A stretch of DNA of 39,290 bases, from the IMG/VR virus record IMGVR_UViG_2579778601_000004; one strand, given 5' to 3'. Position 1 is the first letter of the stretch. Each line of letters starts with the position of its first letter. The notes beneath the pieces were generated by a model. That model was given only the letters and a program-made list of their open reading frames with translations, ran no database searches and was not told where the DNA came from. Position numbers and translations under genes: made by a program. The DNA comes from a virus (lineage: Duplodnaviria > Heunggongvirae > Uroviricota > Caudoviricetes). This document shows positions 18,041 to 31,093 of the stretch, piece after piece.

Positions 18041-18210
18041 TGGCTACACCGCTTATTCGTGTCATGAACGGACACATCTACAGAGTACCAAATCGTCGTA
18101 AGCGTAAGCCTGAGCTGAAACCATCCGAAATACCAACACTGCTCGGATATACCGCCAGCCTGGTTGATAAAAAATGGTTGCGACTGGCAGCAAGGAGGAA
18201 TCATGGCTGA
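18040..18210 (+). CDS. ninE: NinE-like small protein (56 aa)
   Basis: Not in the ORF track (under 60 aa); hand translation [56 protein letters not shown] matches DLP12 NinE; ATG overlaps the ninB stop. Confidence 0.7.
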   Translation: MATPLIRVMNGHIYRVPNRRKRKPELKPSEIPTLLGYTASLVDKKWLRLAARRNHG

Positions 18211-18493
18211 CTTGAGAAAAGCAGCGCGTGGTCGGGAATGCCAGGTAAGAATCCCTGGCGTATGTAATGGCAATCCTGAAACGTCAGTACTGGCACATAT
18301 CCGGCTGGCTGGATTGTGCGGTACCGGTATCAAACCGCCAGACCTGATTGCCACCATTGCATGTTCTGCCTGCCACGACGAAATCGACCGTCGCACGCAT
18401 TTTGTTGACGCTGGATATGCAAAAGAATGTGCGCTGGAAGGTATGGCGAGAACACAGGTTATCTGGCTGAAAGAGGGGGTAATTAAGGCGTGA
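18203..18493 (+). CDS. ybcO: YbcO-like protein (DUF1364, Cys-rich putative nuclease)
   Basis: ATG at 18203 after [42 protein letters not shown]... recognised as DLP12 YbcO. Confidence 0.8.
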   Translation: MADLRKAARGRECQVRIPGVCNGNPETSVLAHIRLAGLCGTGIKPPDLIATIACSACHDEIDRRTHFVDAGYAKECALEGMARTQVIWLKEGVIKA

Positions 18494-18852
18494 ATACTTA
18501 CTGCATCACACTACCCTGGCCGCCGAGCAATAATCGCTATTACCGCCATAATCGCGGACGCACGCATATCAGCGCAGAGGGGCAGGCATACCGCGATAAT
18601 GTCGCCCGAATCATTAAAAACGCAATGCTGGATATCGGCCTGGCTATTCCTGTGAAAATCAGCATTGAGTGCCACATGCCGGATCGCCGTCGCCGTGACC
18701 TTGATAATCTGCAAAAGGCCGCTTTTGACGCACTCACCAAAGCAGGTTTCTGGCTGGATGATGCTCAGGTCGTTGATTACCGCGTTGTGAAGATGCCCGT
18801 TACCAAAGGTGGGAAGCTGGAGCTGACTATCACTGAACTGGGAGATGAATGA
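18490..18852 (+). CDS. rusA: Holliday junction resolvase RusA
   Basis: 120-aa translation recognised as RusA ([40 protein letters not shown]...). Confidence 0.9.
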   Translation: MNTYCITLPWPPSNNRYYRHNRGRTHISAEGQAYRDNVARIIKNAMLDIGLAIPVKISIECHMPDRRRRDLDNLQKAAFDALTKAGFWLDDAQVVDYRVVKMPVTKGGKLELTITELGDE

Positions 18853-18989
18853 TGTTTGAGTCTTATATGGCAGAACGTCTTCGCCGCCGCTGGGTGCGCC
18901 TGCGCTTATATCGTTTTCCTAGTTCTGTTTTGACCGATTACCGGATACTGAAGAATTACGCCAAAACACTGAAAGGAGCTGCCGCATGA
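18849..18989 (+). CDS. ylcG: YlcG-like small protein (46 aa)
   Basis: Hand translation [46 protein letters not shown]; overlaps the rusA stop and the next gene's start, as in DLP12. Confidence 0.55.
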   Translation: MMFESYMAERLRRRWVRLRLYRFPSSVLTDYRILKNYAKTLKGAAA

Positions 18990-19675
18990 ATACCCAATAT
19001 TTACAGTATGTCCGCGAGCAACTCATTGTGGCTACCGCTGATTTGAGCGGAGCAACGAAAGGACAGCTTGAAGCCTGGCTGGAGCATGCACAATTTGATA
19101 CTGGTACATACAAACGAAAGAAGCCGCGCATTCTGGATGAGGTAACTGGCAGGATGATTACGCTGGATAATCCGCCGATTTCCGGTAAGCAGTTGTACGC
19201 AAAAGGTTCATCCATTGCACTGGTCAGCCAGGTTGAGTTCTCAACCTCGTCATGGCGCCGCGCGGTTCTGTCTCTCGAAGAACATCAGAAAGCGTGGTTG
19301 CTGTGGAGTTACAGCGAAAGTGTTCGCTGGGAACATCAGGTCACCATAACGCAGTGGGCATGGAGCGAGTTTAAGACTCTGTTGGGTACCAGGAAAATTG
19401 CAGGTAAAACACTGGAACGTTTGAAGAAGTTGATCTGGCTGGCGGCACAGGATGTGAAGAACGAGCTGGCAGGGCGTAAGACCTATGAATACCAGGAGCT
19501 GGCATCACTGGTGGGAGTGACATCAAAAAACTGGTCTGAGACATTTACTGAACGCTGGGTTGCAATGAAGCACATTTTTCTACAGCTTGATAGCCAAGCT
19601 TTATTGCTTTTAACGAAAACACGTTCAAAACAAAAGACCATATTTTCACAGCAAGATATTGCAAAACTGGATTAA
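18986..19675 (+). CDS. Putative late-gene antiterminator (Q-like), 229 aa
   Basis: Sits between rusA/ylcG and the pR'-terminator-holin region, the canonical Q slot; sequence is not lambda Q, so the call rests on position and a vague family resemblance. Confidence 0.55.
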   Translation: MNTQYLQYVREQLIVATADLSGATKGQLEAWLEHAQFDTGTYKRKKPRILDEVTGRMITLDNPPISGKQLYAKGSSIALVSQVEFSTSSWRRAVLSLEEHQKAWLLWSYSESVRWEHQVTITQWAWSEFKTLLGTRKIAGKTLERLKKLIWLAAQDVKNELAGRKTYEYQELASLVGVTSKNWSETFTERWVAMKHIFLQLDSQALLLLTKTRSKQKTIFSQQDIAKLD

Positions 19676-19705
19676 AAATCATATATTTTATGTAAATCTG
19701 ATATT

Positions 19706-19734
19706 TTGCCAATGTTGTACGCACTGGCAGTAAT
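19706..19734 (+). promoter_or_regulatory. Candidate late promoter pR' (-35 TTGCCA, 17-bp spacer, -10 AGTAAT)
   Basis: Hexamers with 17-bp spacing immediately downstream of the Q-like gene; structured leader follows. Confidence 0.4.
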
Positions 19735-19742
19735 CCAAATTC

Positions 19743-19775
19743 AAGCCCGAGGTTTAAAGCCTTGGGCTTTTCTGT
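19743..19775 (+). terminator. Hairpin plus T-tract in the late leader (candidate pause or terminator)
   Basis: AAGCCCGAGG-TTTAAAG-CCTTGGGCTT followed by TTCTGTTTCTG. Confidence 0.4.
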
Positions 19776-19856
19776 TTCTGAACGGTGAGTAGCCTTCCAA
19801 CCTACCCCAGCCAGGGTGTCTTCAGCTGTTGAGTTGATATTGCTTAACCCTCTGTT

Positions 19857-19882
19857 GCCAGCTACATGCTGGCTTTTTTATT
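19857..19882 (+). terminator. Candidate tR'-like intrinsic terminator (end of a 6S-like leader RNA)
   Basis: GCCAGC-TACAT-GCTGGC stem-loop followed by TTTTTTATT, about 130 nt downstream of the candidate pR'. Confidence 0.5.
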
Positions 19883-19996
19883 CCAGGCTTGCGGGGAGCA
19901 TCAACTCCGTGCTTTGTCGTTAAATTACCCCGTGAGCCTGATTTCTGACATTTAACGTCCCGGCCTTTTGTCGGCGGCGAAACATTGGCTATTCAT

Positions 19997-20302
19997 ATGC
20001 ACGAAAAAGAGAGCCTTGCCGGAGCGTTCTGGCTCGTTTTGCTGATCATCGCAGGTTGGGGCGGTCTGGTCCGCTACCTGATAGATGTGAAGCAGAGTAA
20101 AGCAACGTGGAGTTGGATAAATGCTCTGGCTCAAATAGTGGTATCAGGATTCACCGGTGTTATTGGTGGCCTGATCAGCATCGAAAGTGGATTCAGTATT
20201 TACATGATTCTCGCGACAGCGGGGATTAGTGGTGCGATGGGTTCGGTTGCACTGACGTACTTCTGGGAACGACTGACAGGGGTGAAAAATGCAAAATCTT
20301 AA
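19997..20302 (+). CDS. Putative holin (not lambda S-like in sequence)
   Basis: Hydrophobic protein with predicted TM segments (FWLVLLIIAGWGGLV, VVSGFTGVIGGLISI, MILATAGISGAMGSVALTYF) directly upstream of and overlapping the endolysin; ATG at 19997 (an in-frame TTG at 19985 is possible). Confidence 0.7.
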   Translation: MHEKESLAGAFWLVLLIIAGWGGLVRYLIDVKQSKATWSWINALAQIVVSGFTGVIGGLISIESGFSIYMILATAGISGAMGSVALTYFWERLTGVKNAKS

Positions 20303-20765
20303 TCCTCAGCGTAAAGCCTTCCTCGATATGTTGGCGTGGTCAGAAGGAACGGATAACGGGCGACAACCGACACGTAACCACGGTTATGATGTTATTGTTG
20401 GCGGCGAACTGTTTACTGATTACTCCGATCACCCTCGCAAACTTGTCACGCTACACCCCAAACTCAAATCAACAGCCGCCGGACGTTATCAGCTTCTTTC
20501 ACGCTGGTGGGATGCTTACCGTAAACAGCTTGGTTTGAAAGACTTCTCCCCCAAAAGCCAGGACGCAGTGGCATTACAGCAGATTAAAGAGCGTGGTGCT
20601 TTACCGATGATTGATCGCGGTGATATCCGTCAGGCAATCGACCGTTGCAGCAATATCTGGGCTTCACTGCCGGGCGCTGGTTATGGTCAGTTCGAGCATA
20701 AGGCTGACAGCCTGATTGCAAAATTCAAAGAAGCTGGCGGAACGCTCAGAGAGAGTGAGGTATGA
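20289..20765 (+). CDS. R: Endolysin R (lambda-type lytic transglycosylase)
   Basis: 158-aa translation recognised as near-identical to lambda R ([49 protein letters not shown]...). Confidence 0.95.
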   Translation: MQNLNPQRKAFLDMLAWSEGTDNGRQPTRNHGYDVIVGGELFTDYSDHPRKLVTLHPKLKSTAAGRYQLLSRWWDAYRKQLGLKDFSPKSQDAVALQQIKERGALPMIDRGDIRQAIDRCSNIWASLPGAGYGQFEHKADSLIAKFKEAGGTLRESEV

Positions 20766-21223
20766 GCAGAATAACCGCGATTATCTCCGCTCTGGTTATC
20801 TGCGTCATCGTCTGCCTTTCATGGGCGGTTAATCATTACCGCGATAACGCGATTACCTACAAAGCCCAGCGCGACAAAAATGCCAGAGAACTGACGCTGG
20901 CGAACGCGGCAATTACTGACATACAGATGCGTCAGCGTGATGTTGCTGCGCTCGATGCAAAATACACGAAGGAGTTAGCTGATGCGAAAGCTGAAAATGA
21001 TGCTCTGCGTGATGATGTTGCCGCTGGTCGTCGTCGGTTGCACATCAAAGCAGTCTGTCAGTCAGTGCGTGAAGCCACCACCGCCTCCGGCGTGGATAAT
21101 GCAGCCTCCCCCCGACTGGCAGACACCGCTGAACGGGATTATTTCACCCTCAGAGAGAGGCTGATCACTATGCAAAAACAACTGGAAGGAACCCAGAAGT
21201 ATATTAATGAGCAGTGCAGATAG
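20762..21223 (+). CDS. Rz: Spanin inner-membrane subunit Rz
   Basis: 153 aa with N-terminal TM segment and coiled-coil; recognised as lambda Rz; contains Rz1 in the +1 frame. Confidence 0.9.
   Translation: MSRITAIISALVICVIVCLSWAVNHYRDNAITYKAQRDKNARELTLANAAITDIQMRQRDVAALDAKYTKELADAKAENDALRDDVAAGRRRLHIKAVCQSVREATTASGVDNAASPRLADTAERDYFTLRERLITMQKQLEGTQKYINEQCR
20982..21164 (+). CDS. Rz1: Spanin outer-membrane lipoprotein Rz1 (embedded in Rz)
   Basis: 60 aa, lipobox VVGC, proline-rich (PPPPPAW); matches lambda Rz1. Confidence 0.9.
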   Translation: MRKLKMMLCVMMLPLVVVGCTSKQSVSQCVKPPPPPAWIMQPPPDWQTPLNGIISPSERG

Positions 21224-21254
21224 AGCTGCCCATATCGATGGGCAACTCATGCAA

Positions 21255-21548
21255 TTATTGTGAGCAATACACACGCGCTTCCAGCGGAGTATAAATGCCT
21301 AAAGTAATAAAACCGAGCAATCCATTTACGAATGTTTGCTGGGTTTCTGTTTTAACAACATTTTCTGCACCACCACAAATTTTTGCTGCATCGACAGTTT
21401 TCTTCTGCCCAATTCCCGAAACGAAGAAATGATGGGTGATGGTTTCCTTTGGTGTTACTGCTGTAGGTTTGTTTCCAACAGTAAACGTCTGTTGAGCACA
21501 TCCTGTAATAAGCATTGCCAGAGCGGCAGAAAACAACATTTTTTTCAT
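21255..21548 (-). CDS. bor: Bor lipoprotein (serum-resistance lysogenic conversion protein)
   Basis: Start chosen at MKKMLFSAALAMLITGCAQQ (ATG 21548); remainder recognised as near-identical to lambda Bor. Confidence 0.9.
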   Translation of the reverse strand: MKKMLFSAALAMLITGCAQQTFTVGNKPTAVTPKETITHHFFVSGIGQKKTVDAAKICGGAENVVKTETQQTFVNGLLGFITLGIYTPLEARVYCSQ

Positions 21549-22028
21549 CTTATTATCCTGCATTGTTAAAAACGGCAGAATCCTATGTGACAACAATTAA
21601 ACGATAGTTAAATGGATTGATGAAAATTAAAACTACACAGGTGGGCTCAGACTATTGGAGGAAGTTGGGGACACTCAGAATCCTGTGGAATGAAATAAAC
21701 CGGTCTATCCGTCCATTACCCTTTTAGCTGCGCTGTATCGTCGCCGTATTCCCGCATTAACCATGACCGTAGCCCGACGGGGAATTCCTTCTGCGTGAGT
21801 GTGCGGGAATAATTAAAAACGATGCACACCGGGTTTTTACCGCGTTAATGATTCGCGGGTTTATCCCGGTGCGATGGTGGAAGAAACAGGAAGCTGTATT
21901 ACAGAAAGTGCTACTACTGTATCCCGATGCGATGTATGTAATGTGAGTCAGATAATGGCACAGGATGTGGTGATGTGGCAGTCTGGAACACAGGATATAT
22001 TGTCAGAATAAGACCCGTAGGAATAAAA

Positions 22029-22355
22029 ATGAAAAGACGCCTTTTACTACTTTTTCTGTTATCTGTCCTGGCAGTGGGATGCTCGCAGCAAAAAGCTGAT
22101 GAGCCCCGGCAATTAGTGACGGTGTATCCACGATATCCGGAATATGCTGCAGCAAATTATATCAAGGGGCTGGTTGAGGTTAAGTTCGATATTGGTGCTG
22201 ATGGGACTGTGACACGGATCGTTTTTCTCCGCTCAGAGCCTCATAATTTGTTTCGTGATGAAGTGGTGAAGGCCATGGCGAAATGGCGATTTGAAAAGAA
22301 TCGCCCCTGTCAGGGAGTGAAGAGACAATTTATCTTTACGCCGTCACGTCCTTGA
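22029..22355 (+). CDS. Lipoprotein with TonB C-terminal-like domain (putative envelope protein)
   Basis: Start at ATG 22029 (MKRRLLLLFLLSVLAVGCSQ, lipobox); YPRYPEYAAANYIKGLVEVKFDIGADGTVTRIVFLRSEPHNLFRDEVVKAMAKWRFE fits the TonB_C pattern. Confidence 0.55.
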   Translation: MKRRLLLLFLLSVLAVGCSQQKADEPRQLVTVYPRYPEYAAANYIKGLVEVKFDIGADGTVTRIVFLRSEPHNLFRDEVVKAMAKWRFEKNRPCQGVKRQFIFTPSRP

Positions 22356-22477
22356 TGCTTCCAGGTAGAGAGGGGCTGGAAGCAGGAGAAAAATGAAAGA
22401 GCCAGCGGTTATATTTTTGTCATGGCTGACGAGGAATGATGGAAGAAGGCGTTGTATGCCACACAACGCCTCACTGT

Positions 22478-22657
22478 TCATTTCTTCTTTTTCTCTGGTG
22501 GAACCCGATGAATAAGAGTTGCACTGGTTTCCGATGAGATGGCGATATACTCGGGCAAAGTATGCTGGCAGTTTTCCAACTGGTCAAAAATACCTGCTCT
22601 CGTCTGTTGCAATGCCTGCAGCATGCGGCGGCAATGCGCCTTGCTTTTACTAACCAT
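22478..22657 (-). CDS. Hypothetical small protein (59 aa from ATG 22657; a longer 117-aa reading from 22831 is possible)
   Basis: Internal ATG preceded by GAGGAAGG; lysine-rich C-terminus; the longer reading would overlap the upstream secreted-protein ORF. Confidence 0.3.
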   Translation of the reverse strand: MVSKSKAHCRRMLQALQQTRAGIFDQLENCQHTLPEYIAISSETSATLIHRVPPEKKKK

Positions 22658-22718
22658 CTTTCCTTCCTCTATCAGTCGCTGCGTGAACTCATCATGGAAT
22701 ACCAGGTAAATGCGGATG

Positions 22719-22970
22719 TTATCGGTTTTGGCTACGCAGCATAGTACAAAACGGACAGGTGCATCCCGGGACGGGGGAGGCGTCACATGTCCCTGTGATG
22801 GTTGTTCCGGGTAATGTACTGTGTGGGGCATAAAAATGTCCGATAATTTTACTTTCTACCGCAGTTAGTTGATTCGTTGGTCCTGGTAGCACATTGGGCG
22901 AGGATTTAAATGCCAGGCAACTGAAGGATGATGTCGCAAGGGAGATAGCGAGAATATTTCTGATTTTCAT
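22719..22970 (-). CDS. Hypothetical small secreted cysteine-rich protein (84 aa)
   Basis: Signal-peptide-like N-terminus (MKIRNILAISLATSSFSCLA); mature part has a Cys cluster (TGTCDASPVPGCTCPFC); ATG at 22970. No family recognised. Confidence 0.35.
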   Translation of the reverse strand: MKIRNILAISLATSSFSCLAFKSSPNVLPGPTNQLTAVESKIIGHFYAPHSTLPGTTITGTCDASPVPGCTCPFCTMLRSQNR

Positions 22971-23118
22971 TTGATGATGCCTCTGTGTGAAATGACGGTA
23001 AACGACGCACTTGTGCCGGCACATAATAGCAAGCACCATAATAGATCAGATTCGATTCTTGCTGTAAGTGATAATTATTCTCGTTTTCGGGTCCTTTCCG
23101 TCGATCCAACAGGTTACG

Positions 23119-23130
23119 GGGCGGCGACCT
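23119..23130. other. cos: cosN cohesive-end sequence (12-nt GGGCGGCGACCT) within the cos region
   Basis: Exact lambda left-end 12-mer, followed by lambda-like cosB/Nu1 upstream sequence (CGCGGGTTTTCGCTATTTATGAAAATTTTCCGG...). Confidence 0.85.
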
Positions 23131-23307
23131 CGCGGGTTTTCGCTATTTATGAAAATTTTCCGGTTTAAGGCGTTTCCGTTCTTCTTCGCCGTAACTTAAT
23201 GTTTTTATTTAAAACACTCCCTGAAAAGAAAGGAAACGACAGGTGCTGAAAACGGGCTTTTTGGCCTCTGTCGTTTCCTTTCTCTGTTTTTGTCCGTGGA
23301 ATGAACA

Positions 23308-23827
23308 ATGGAAGTCAACAAAAAGCAGCTGGCTGACATTTTCGGCGCGAGTATCCGTACTATTCAGAACTGGCAGGAGCAGGGAATGCCCGTTCTGCGA
23401 GGCGGTGGGAAGGGTAATGAGGTGCTTTATGACTCTGCCGACGTCATAAAATGGTATGCCGAAAGGGATGCTGAAATTGAGAACGAAAAGCTGCGCCGGG
23501 AGGTTGAAGAACTGCGACAGGCCAGCGAGACAGATCTCCAGCCAGGGACTATTGAGTACGAACGCCATCGACTTACGCGTGCGCAGGCCGACGCACAGGA
23601 GCTGAAAAATGCCAGAGACTCCGCTGAAGTGGTGGAAACCGCATTCTGTACTTTCGTGCTGTCGCGGATCGCAGGTGAAATTGCCAGTATTCTCGACGGG
23701 ATCCCCCTGTCGGTGCAGCGGCGTTTTCCGGAACTGGAAAACCGACATGTTGATTTCCTGAAACGGGATATCATCAAAGCCATGAACAAAGCAGCCGCGC
23801 TGGATGAACTGATACCGGGGTTGCTGA

Positions 23828-23853
<26 letters not shown>
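23308..23853 (+). CDS. nu1: Terminase small subunit Nu1
   Basis: Recognised as near-identical to lambda Nu1 (MEVNKKQLADIFGASIRTIQNWQEQGMPVLRGGGKGNEVLYDS...). Confidence 0.95.
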
Positions 23854-27534
<3,681 letters not shown>

Positions 27535-27554
<20 letters not shown>

Positions 27555-28854
27555 TCTCCCGCATATTGCCAGTATGGCCTTTAATGAGCCGCTGATGCTT
27601 GAACCCGCCTATGCGCGGGTTTTCTTTTGTGCGCTTGCAGGCCAGCTTGGGATCAGCCGCCTGACGGATGCGGTATCCGGCGACAGCCTGACTGCCGGAG
27701 AGGCACCCGCGGCGCTGGCGTTATCCGTTGATGATGACGGACCACGACAGGCCCGCAGTTATCAGGTCATGAACGGCATCGCCGTGCTGCCGGTGTCCGG
27801 CACGCTGGTCAGTCGGACGCGAGCGCTGCAGCCGTATTCGGGGATGACCGGTTACAACGGCATTATCGCCCGTCTGCAACAGGCTGCCAGCGACCCGATG
27901 GTGGACGGCATTCTGCTCGATATGGATACGCCAGGCGGGATGGTGGCAGGGGCATTTGACTGCGCTGACATCATCGCCCGTGTGCGTGACATAAAGCCGG
28001 TATGGGCGCTGGCCAACGACATGAACTGCAGTGCAGGTCAGTTGCTTGCCAGCGCCGCCTCCCGACGTCTGGTCACGCAGACCGCCCGGACAGGCTCCAT
28101 CGGCGTCATGATGGCTCACAGTAATTACGGTGCTGCGCTGGAGAAACAGGGCGTGGAAATCACGCTGATTTACAGCGGCAGCCATAAGGTGGATGGCAAC
28201 CCCTACAGCCATCTACCGGATGATGTCCGGGAAACACTGCAGTCCCGGATGGATGCAACCCGCCGGATGTTTGCACAGAAGGTGTCGGCATATACCGGCC
28301 TGTCCGTGCAGGCTGTGCTGGATACCGAGGCTGCAGTGTACAGCGGTCAGGAGGCCATTGATGCCGGACTGGCTGATGAACTTGTTAACAGTACCGATGC
28401 GATCACCGTCATGCGTGATGCACTGGATGCACGTAAATCCCGTCTCTCAGGAGGGCGAATGACCAAAGAGACTCAATCAACAACTGTTTCAGCCACTGCT
28501 TCGCAGGCTGACGTTACTGGCGTGGTGCCAGCGACGGAGGGCGAGAACGCCAGCGCTGCGCAGCCGGACGTGAACGCGCAGATCACCGCAGCGGTTGCGG
28601 CAGAAAACAGTCGCATTATGGGGATCCTCAACTGTGAGGAAGCTCACGGACGCGAAGAACAGGCACGCGTGCTGGCCGAAACCCCTGGTATGACCGTGGA
28701 AACGGCCCGCCGCATTCTGGCAGTTGCACCACAGAGTGCACAGGCGCGCAGTGACACTGCGCTGGATCGTCTGATGCAGGGGGCACCGGCACCGCTGGCT
28801 GCAGGTAACCTGGCATCTGATGCCGTTAACGATTTGCTGAACACACCAGTGTAA
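27535..28854 (+). CDS. C: Capsid assembly protease C
   Basis: GTG start at 27535 after GAGGAGGAG (VTAELRNLPHIASMAFNEPLML = lambda gpC N-terminus); overlaps the B 3' end as in lambda. Confidence 0.9.
28249..28854 (+). CDS. nu3: Scaffold protein Nu3 (in-frame internal start within C)
   Basis: Internal ATG at 28249 (MDATRRMFAQKVSAY) at the position expected from the lambda C/Nu3 arrangement. Confidence 0.65.
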   Translation: MDATRRMFAQKVSAYTGLSVQAVLDTEAAVYSGQEAIDAGLADELVNSTDAITVMRDALDARKSRLSGGRMTKETQSTTVSATASQADVTGVVPATEGENASAAQPDVNAQITAAVAAENSRIMGILNCEEAHGREEQARVLAETPGMTVETARRILAVAPQSAQARSDTALDRLMQGAPAPLAAGNLASDAVNDLLNTPV

Positions 28855-28863
28855 GGGATGTTT

Positions 28864-29196
28864 ATGACGAGCAAAGAAACCTTTACCCATTACCAGCCGC
28901 TGGGCAACAGTGACCCGGCTCATACCGCAACCGCGCCCGGCGGATTGAGTGCGAAAGCGCCTGCAATGACCCCGCTGATGCTGGACACCTCCAGCCGTAA
29001 GCTGGTTGCGTGGGATGGCACCACCGACGGTGCTGCCGTTGGCATTCTTGCGGTTGCTGCTGACCAGACCAGCACCACGCTGACGTTCTACAAGTCCGGC
29101 ACGTTCCGTTATGAGGATGTGCTCTGGCCGGAGGCTGCCAGCGACGAGACGAAAAAACGGACCGCGTTTGCCGGAACGGCAATCAGCATCGTTTAA
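28864..29196 (+). CDS. D: Head decoration protein D
   Basis: [12 protein letters not shown]... recognised as lambda gpD; 110 aa. Confidence 0.9.
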   Translation: MTSKETFTHYQPLGNSDPAHTATAPGGLSAKAPAMTPLMLDTSSRKLVAWDGTTDGAAVGILAVAADQTSTTLTFYKSGTFRYEDVLWPEAASDETKKRTAFAGTAISIV

Positions 29197-29251
29197 CTTT
29201 ACCCTTCATCACTAAAGGCCGCCTGTGCGGCTTTTTTTACGGGATTTTTTT

Positions 29252-30277
29252 ATGTCGATGTACACAACCGCCCAGCTGCTGGCGGCAAATGAGCAGAAAT
29301 TTAAGTTTGATCCGCTGTTTCTGCGTCTCTTTTTCCGTGAGAGCTATCCCTTCACCACGGAGAAAGTCTATCTCTCACAAATTCCGGGACTGGTAAACAT
29401 GGCGCTGTACGTTTCGCCGATTGTTTCCGGTGAGGTTATCCGTTCCCGTGGCGGCTCCACCTCTGAATTTACGCCGGGATATGTCAAGCCGAAGCATGAA
29501 GTGAATCCGCAGATGACCCTGCGTCGCCTGCCGGATGAAGATCCGCAGAATCTGGTGGACCCGGCTTACCGCCGCCGTCGCATCATCATGCAGAACATGC
29601 GTGACGAAGAGCTGGCCATTGCTCAGGTCGAAGAGATGCAGGCAGTTTCTGCCGTGCTTAAGGGCAAATACACCATGACCGGTGAAGCCTTCGATCCGGT
29701 TGAGGTGGATATGGGCCGCAGTGAGGAGAATAACATCACGCAGTCCGGCGGCACGGAGTGGAGCAAGCGTGACAAGTCCACGTATGACCCGACCGACGAT
29801 ATCGAAGCCTACGCGCTGAACGCCAGCGGTGTGGTGAATATCATCGTGTTCGATCCGAAAGGCTGGGCGCTGTTCCGTTCCTTCAAAGCCGTCAAGGAGA
29901 AGCTGGATACCCGTCGTGGTTCTAATTCCGAGCTGGAGACAGCGGTGAAAGACCTGGGTAAAGCGGTGTCCTATAAGGGGATGTATGGCGATGTGGCCAT
30001 CGTCGTGTATTCCGGACAGTACGTGGAAAACGGCGTCAAAAAGAACTTCCTGCCGGACAACACGATGGTGCTGGGGAACACTCAGGCACGCGGTCTGCGC
30101 ACCTATGGCTGCATTCAGGATGCGGACGCACAGCTCGAAGGCATTAACGCCTCTGCCCGTTACCCGAAAAACTGGGTGACCACCGGCGATCCGGCGCGTG
30201 AGTTCACCATGATTCAGTCAGCACCGCTGATGCTGCTGGCTGACCCTGATGAGTTCGTGTCCGTACAACTGGCGTAA
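29252..30277 (+). CDS. E: Major capsid protein E
   Basis: MSMYTTAQLLAANEQKFKFDPLFLRLFFRESYPF... recognised as lambda gpE; 341 aa. Confidence 0.95.
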   Translation: MSMYTTAQLLAANEQKFKFDPLFLRLFFRESYPFTTEKVYLSQIPGLVNMALYVSPIVSGEVIRSRGGSTSEFTPGYVKPKHEVNPQMTLRRLPDEDPQNLVDPAYRRRRIIMQNMRDEELAIAQVEEMQAVSAVLKGKYTMTGEAFDPVEVDMGRSEENNITQSGGTEWSKRDKSTYDPTDDIEAYALNASGVVNIIVFDPKGWALFRSFKAVKEKLDTRRGSNSELETAVKDLGKAVSYKGMYGDVAIVVYSGQYVENGVKKNFLPDNTMVLGNTQARGLRTYGCIQDADAQLEGINASARYPKNWVTTGDPAREFTMIQSAPLMLLADPDEFVSVQLA

Positions 30278-30318
30278 TCATGGCCCTTCGGGGCCATTGT
30301 TTCTCTGTGGAGGAGTCC

Positions 30319-30717
30319 ATGACGAAAGATGAACTGATTGCCCGTCTCCGCTCGCTGGGTGAACAACTGAACCGTGATGTCAGCCTGACGGGGACGAAAG
30401 AAGAACTGGCGCTCCGTGTGGCAGAGCTGGAAGAGGAGCTTGATGACACGGATGAAACTGCCGGTCAGGACACCCCTCTCAGCCGGGAAAATGTGCTGAC
30501 CGGACATGAAAATGAGGTGGGATCAGCGCAGCCGGATACCGTGATTCTGGATACGTCTGAACTGGTCACGGTCGTGGCACTGGTGACGCTGCATACTGAT
30601 GCACTTCACGCCACGCGGGATGAACCTGTGGCATTTGTGCTTCCGGGAACGGCGTTCCGTGTCTCTGCCGGTGTGGCAGCCGAAATGACAGAACGTGGCC
30701 TGGCCAGAATGCAATAA
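30319..30717 (+). CDS. FI: DNA packaging protein FI
   Basis: MTKDELIARLRSLGEQLNRDVSLTGTKEELALRVAEL... recognised as lambda gpFI; 132 aa. Confidence 0.9.
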   Translation: MTKDELIARLRSLGEQLNRDVSLTGTKEELALRVAELEEELDDTDETAGQDTPLSRENVLTGHENEVGSAQPDTVILDTSELVTVVALVTLHTDALHATRDEPVAFVLPGTAFRVSAGVAAEMTERGLARMQ

Positions 30718-30728
30718 CGGGAGGCGCT

Positions 30729-31082
30729 GTGGCTGATTTCGATAACCTGTTCGATGCTGCCATTGTCCGCGCCGATGAAACGATACGCGGGTACATGGGA
30801 ACGTCAGCCACCATGACATCCGGTGAGCAGTCCGGCGCAGTAATACGTGGTGTTTTTGATGACCCTGAAAATATCAGCTATGCCGGACAGGGCGTGCGCG
30901 TTGAAGGCTCCAGCCCGTCCCTGTTTGTCCGGACTGATGATGTGCGGCAGCTGCGGCGCGGCGACACGCTGACCATCGGTGAGGAAAACTTCTGGATAGA
31001 CCGGATTTCGACGGATGATGGCGGAAGCTGTCATCTCTGGCTTGGGCGTGGCGTGCCGCCTGCCGTTAACCGTCGTCGCTGA
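30729..31082 (+). CDS. FII: Head completion protein FII
   Basis: GTG start; MADFDNLFDAAI.RADETIRGYMGTSAT... recognised as lambda gpFII. Confidence 0.9.
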   Translation: MADFDNLFDAAIVRADETIRGYMGTSATMTSGEQSGAVIRGVFDDPENISYAGQGVRVEGSSPSLFVRTDDVRQLRRGDTLTIGEENFWIDRISTDDGGSCHLWLGRGVPPAVNRRR

Positions 31083-31093
31083 AGGGGGGATGT

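Noticed and set aside
17839-18396. 185-aa minus-strand ORF across the ninB-ninE-ybcO region
   Set aside because: Antisense to three recognisable, tightly coupled plus-strand genes; considered spurious.
21223-21255. GCCCAT-ATCG-ATGGGC dyad between convergent Rz and bor as a possible terminator
   Set aside because: A short hairpin is present but there is no adjacent T/U tract on either strand, so an intrinsic terminator call is not supported.
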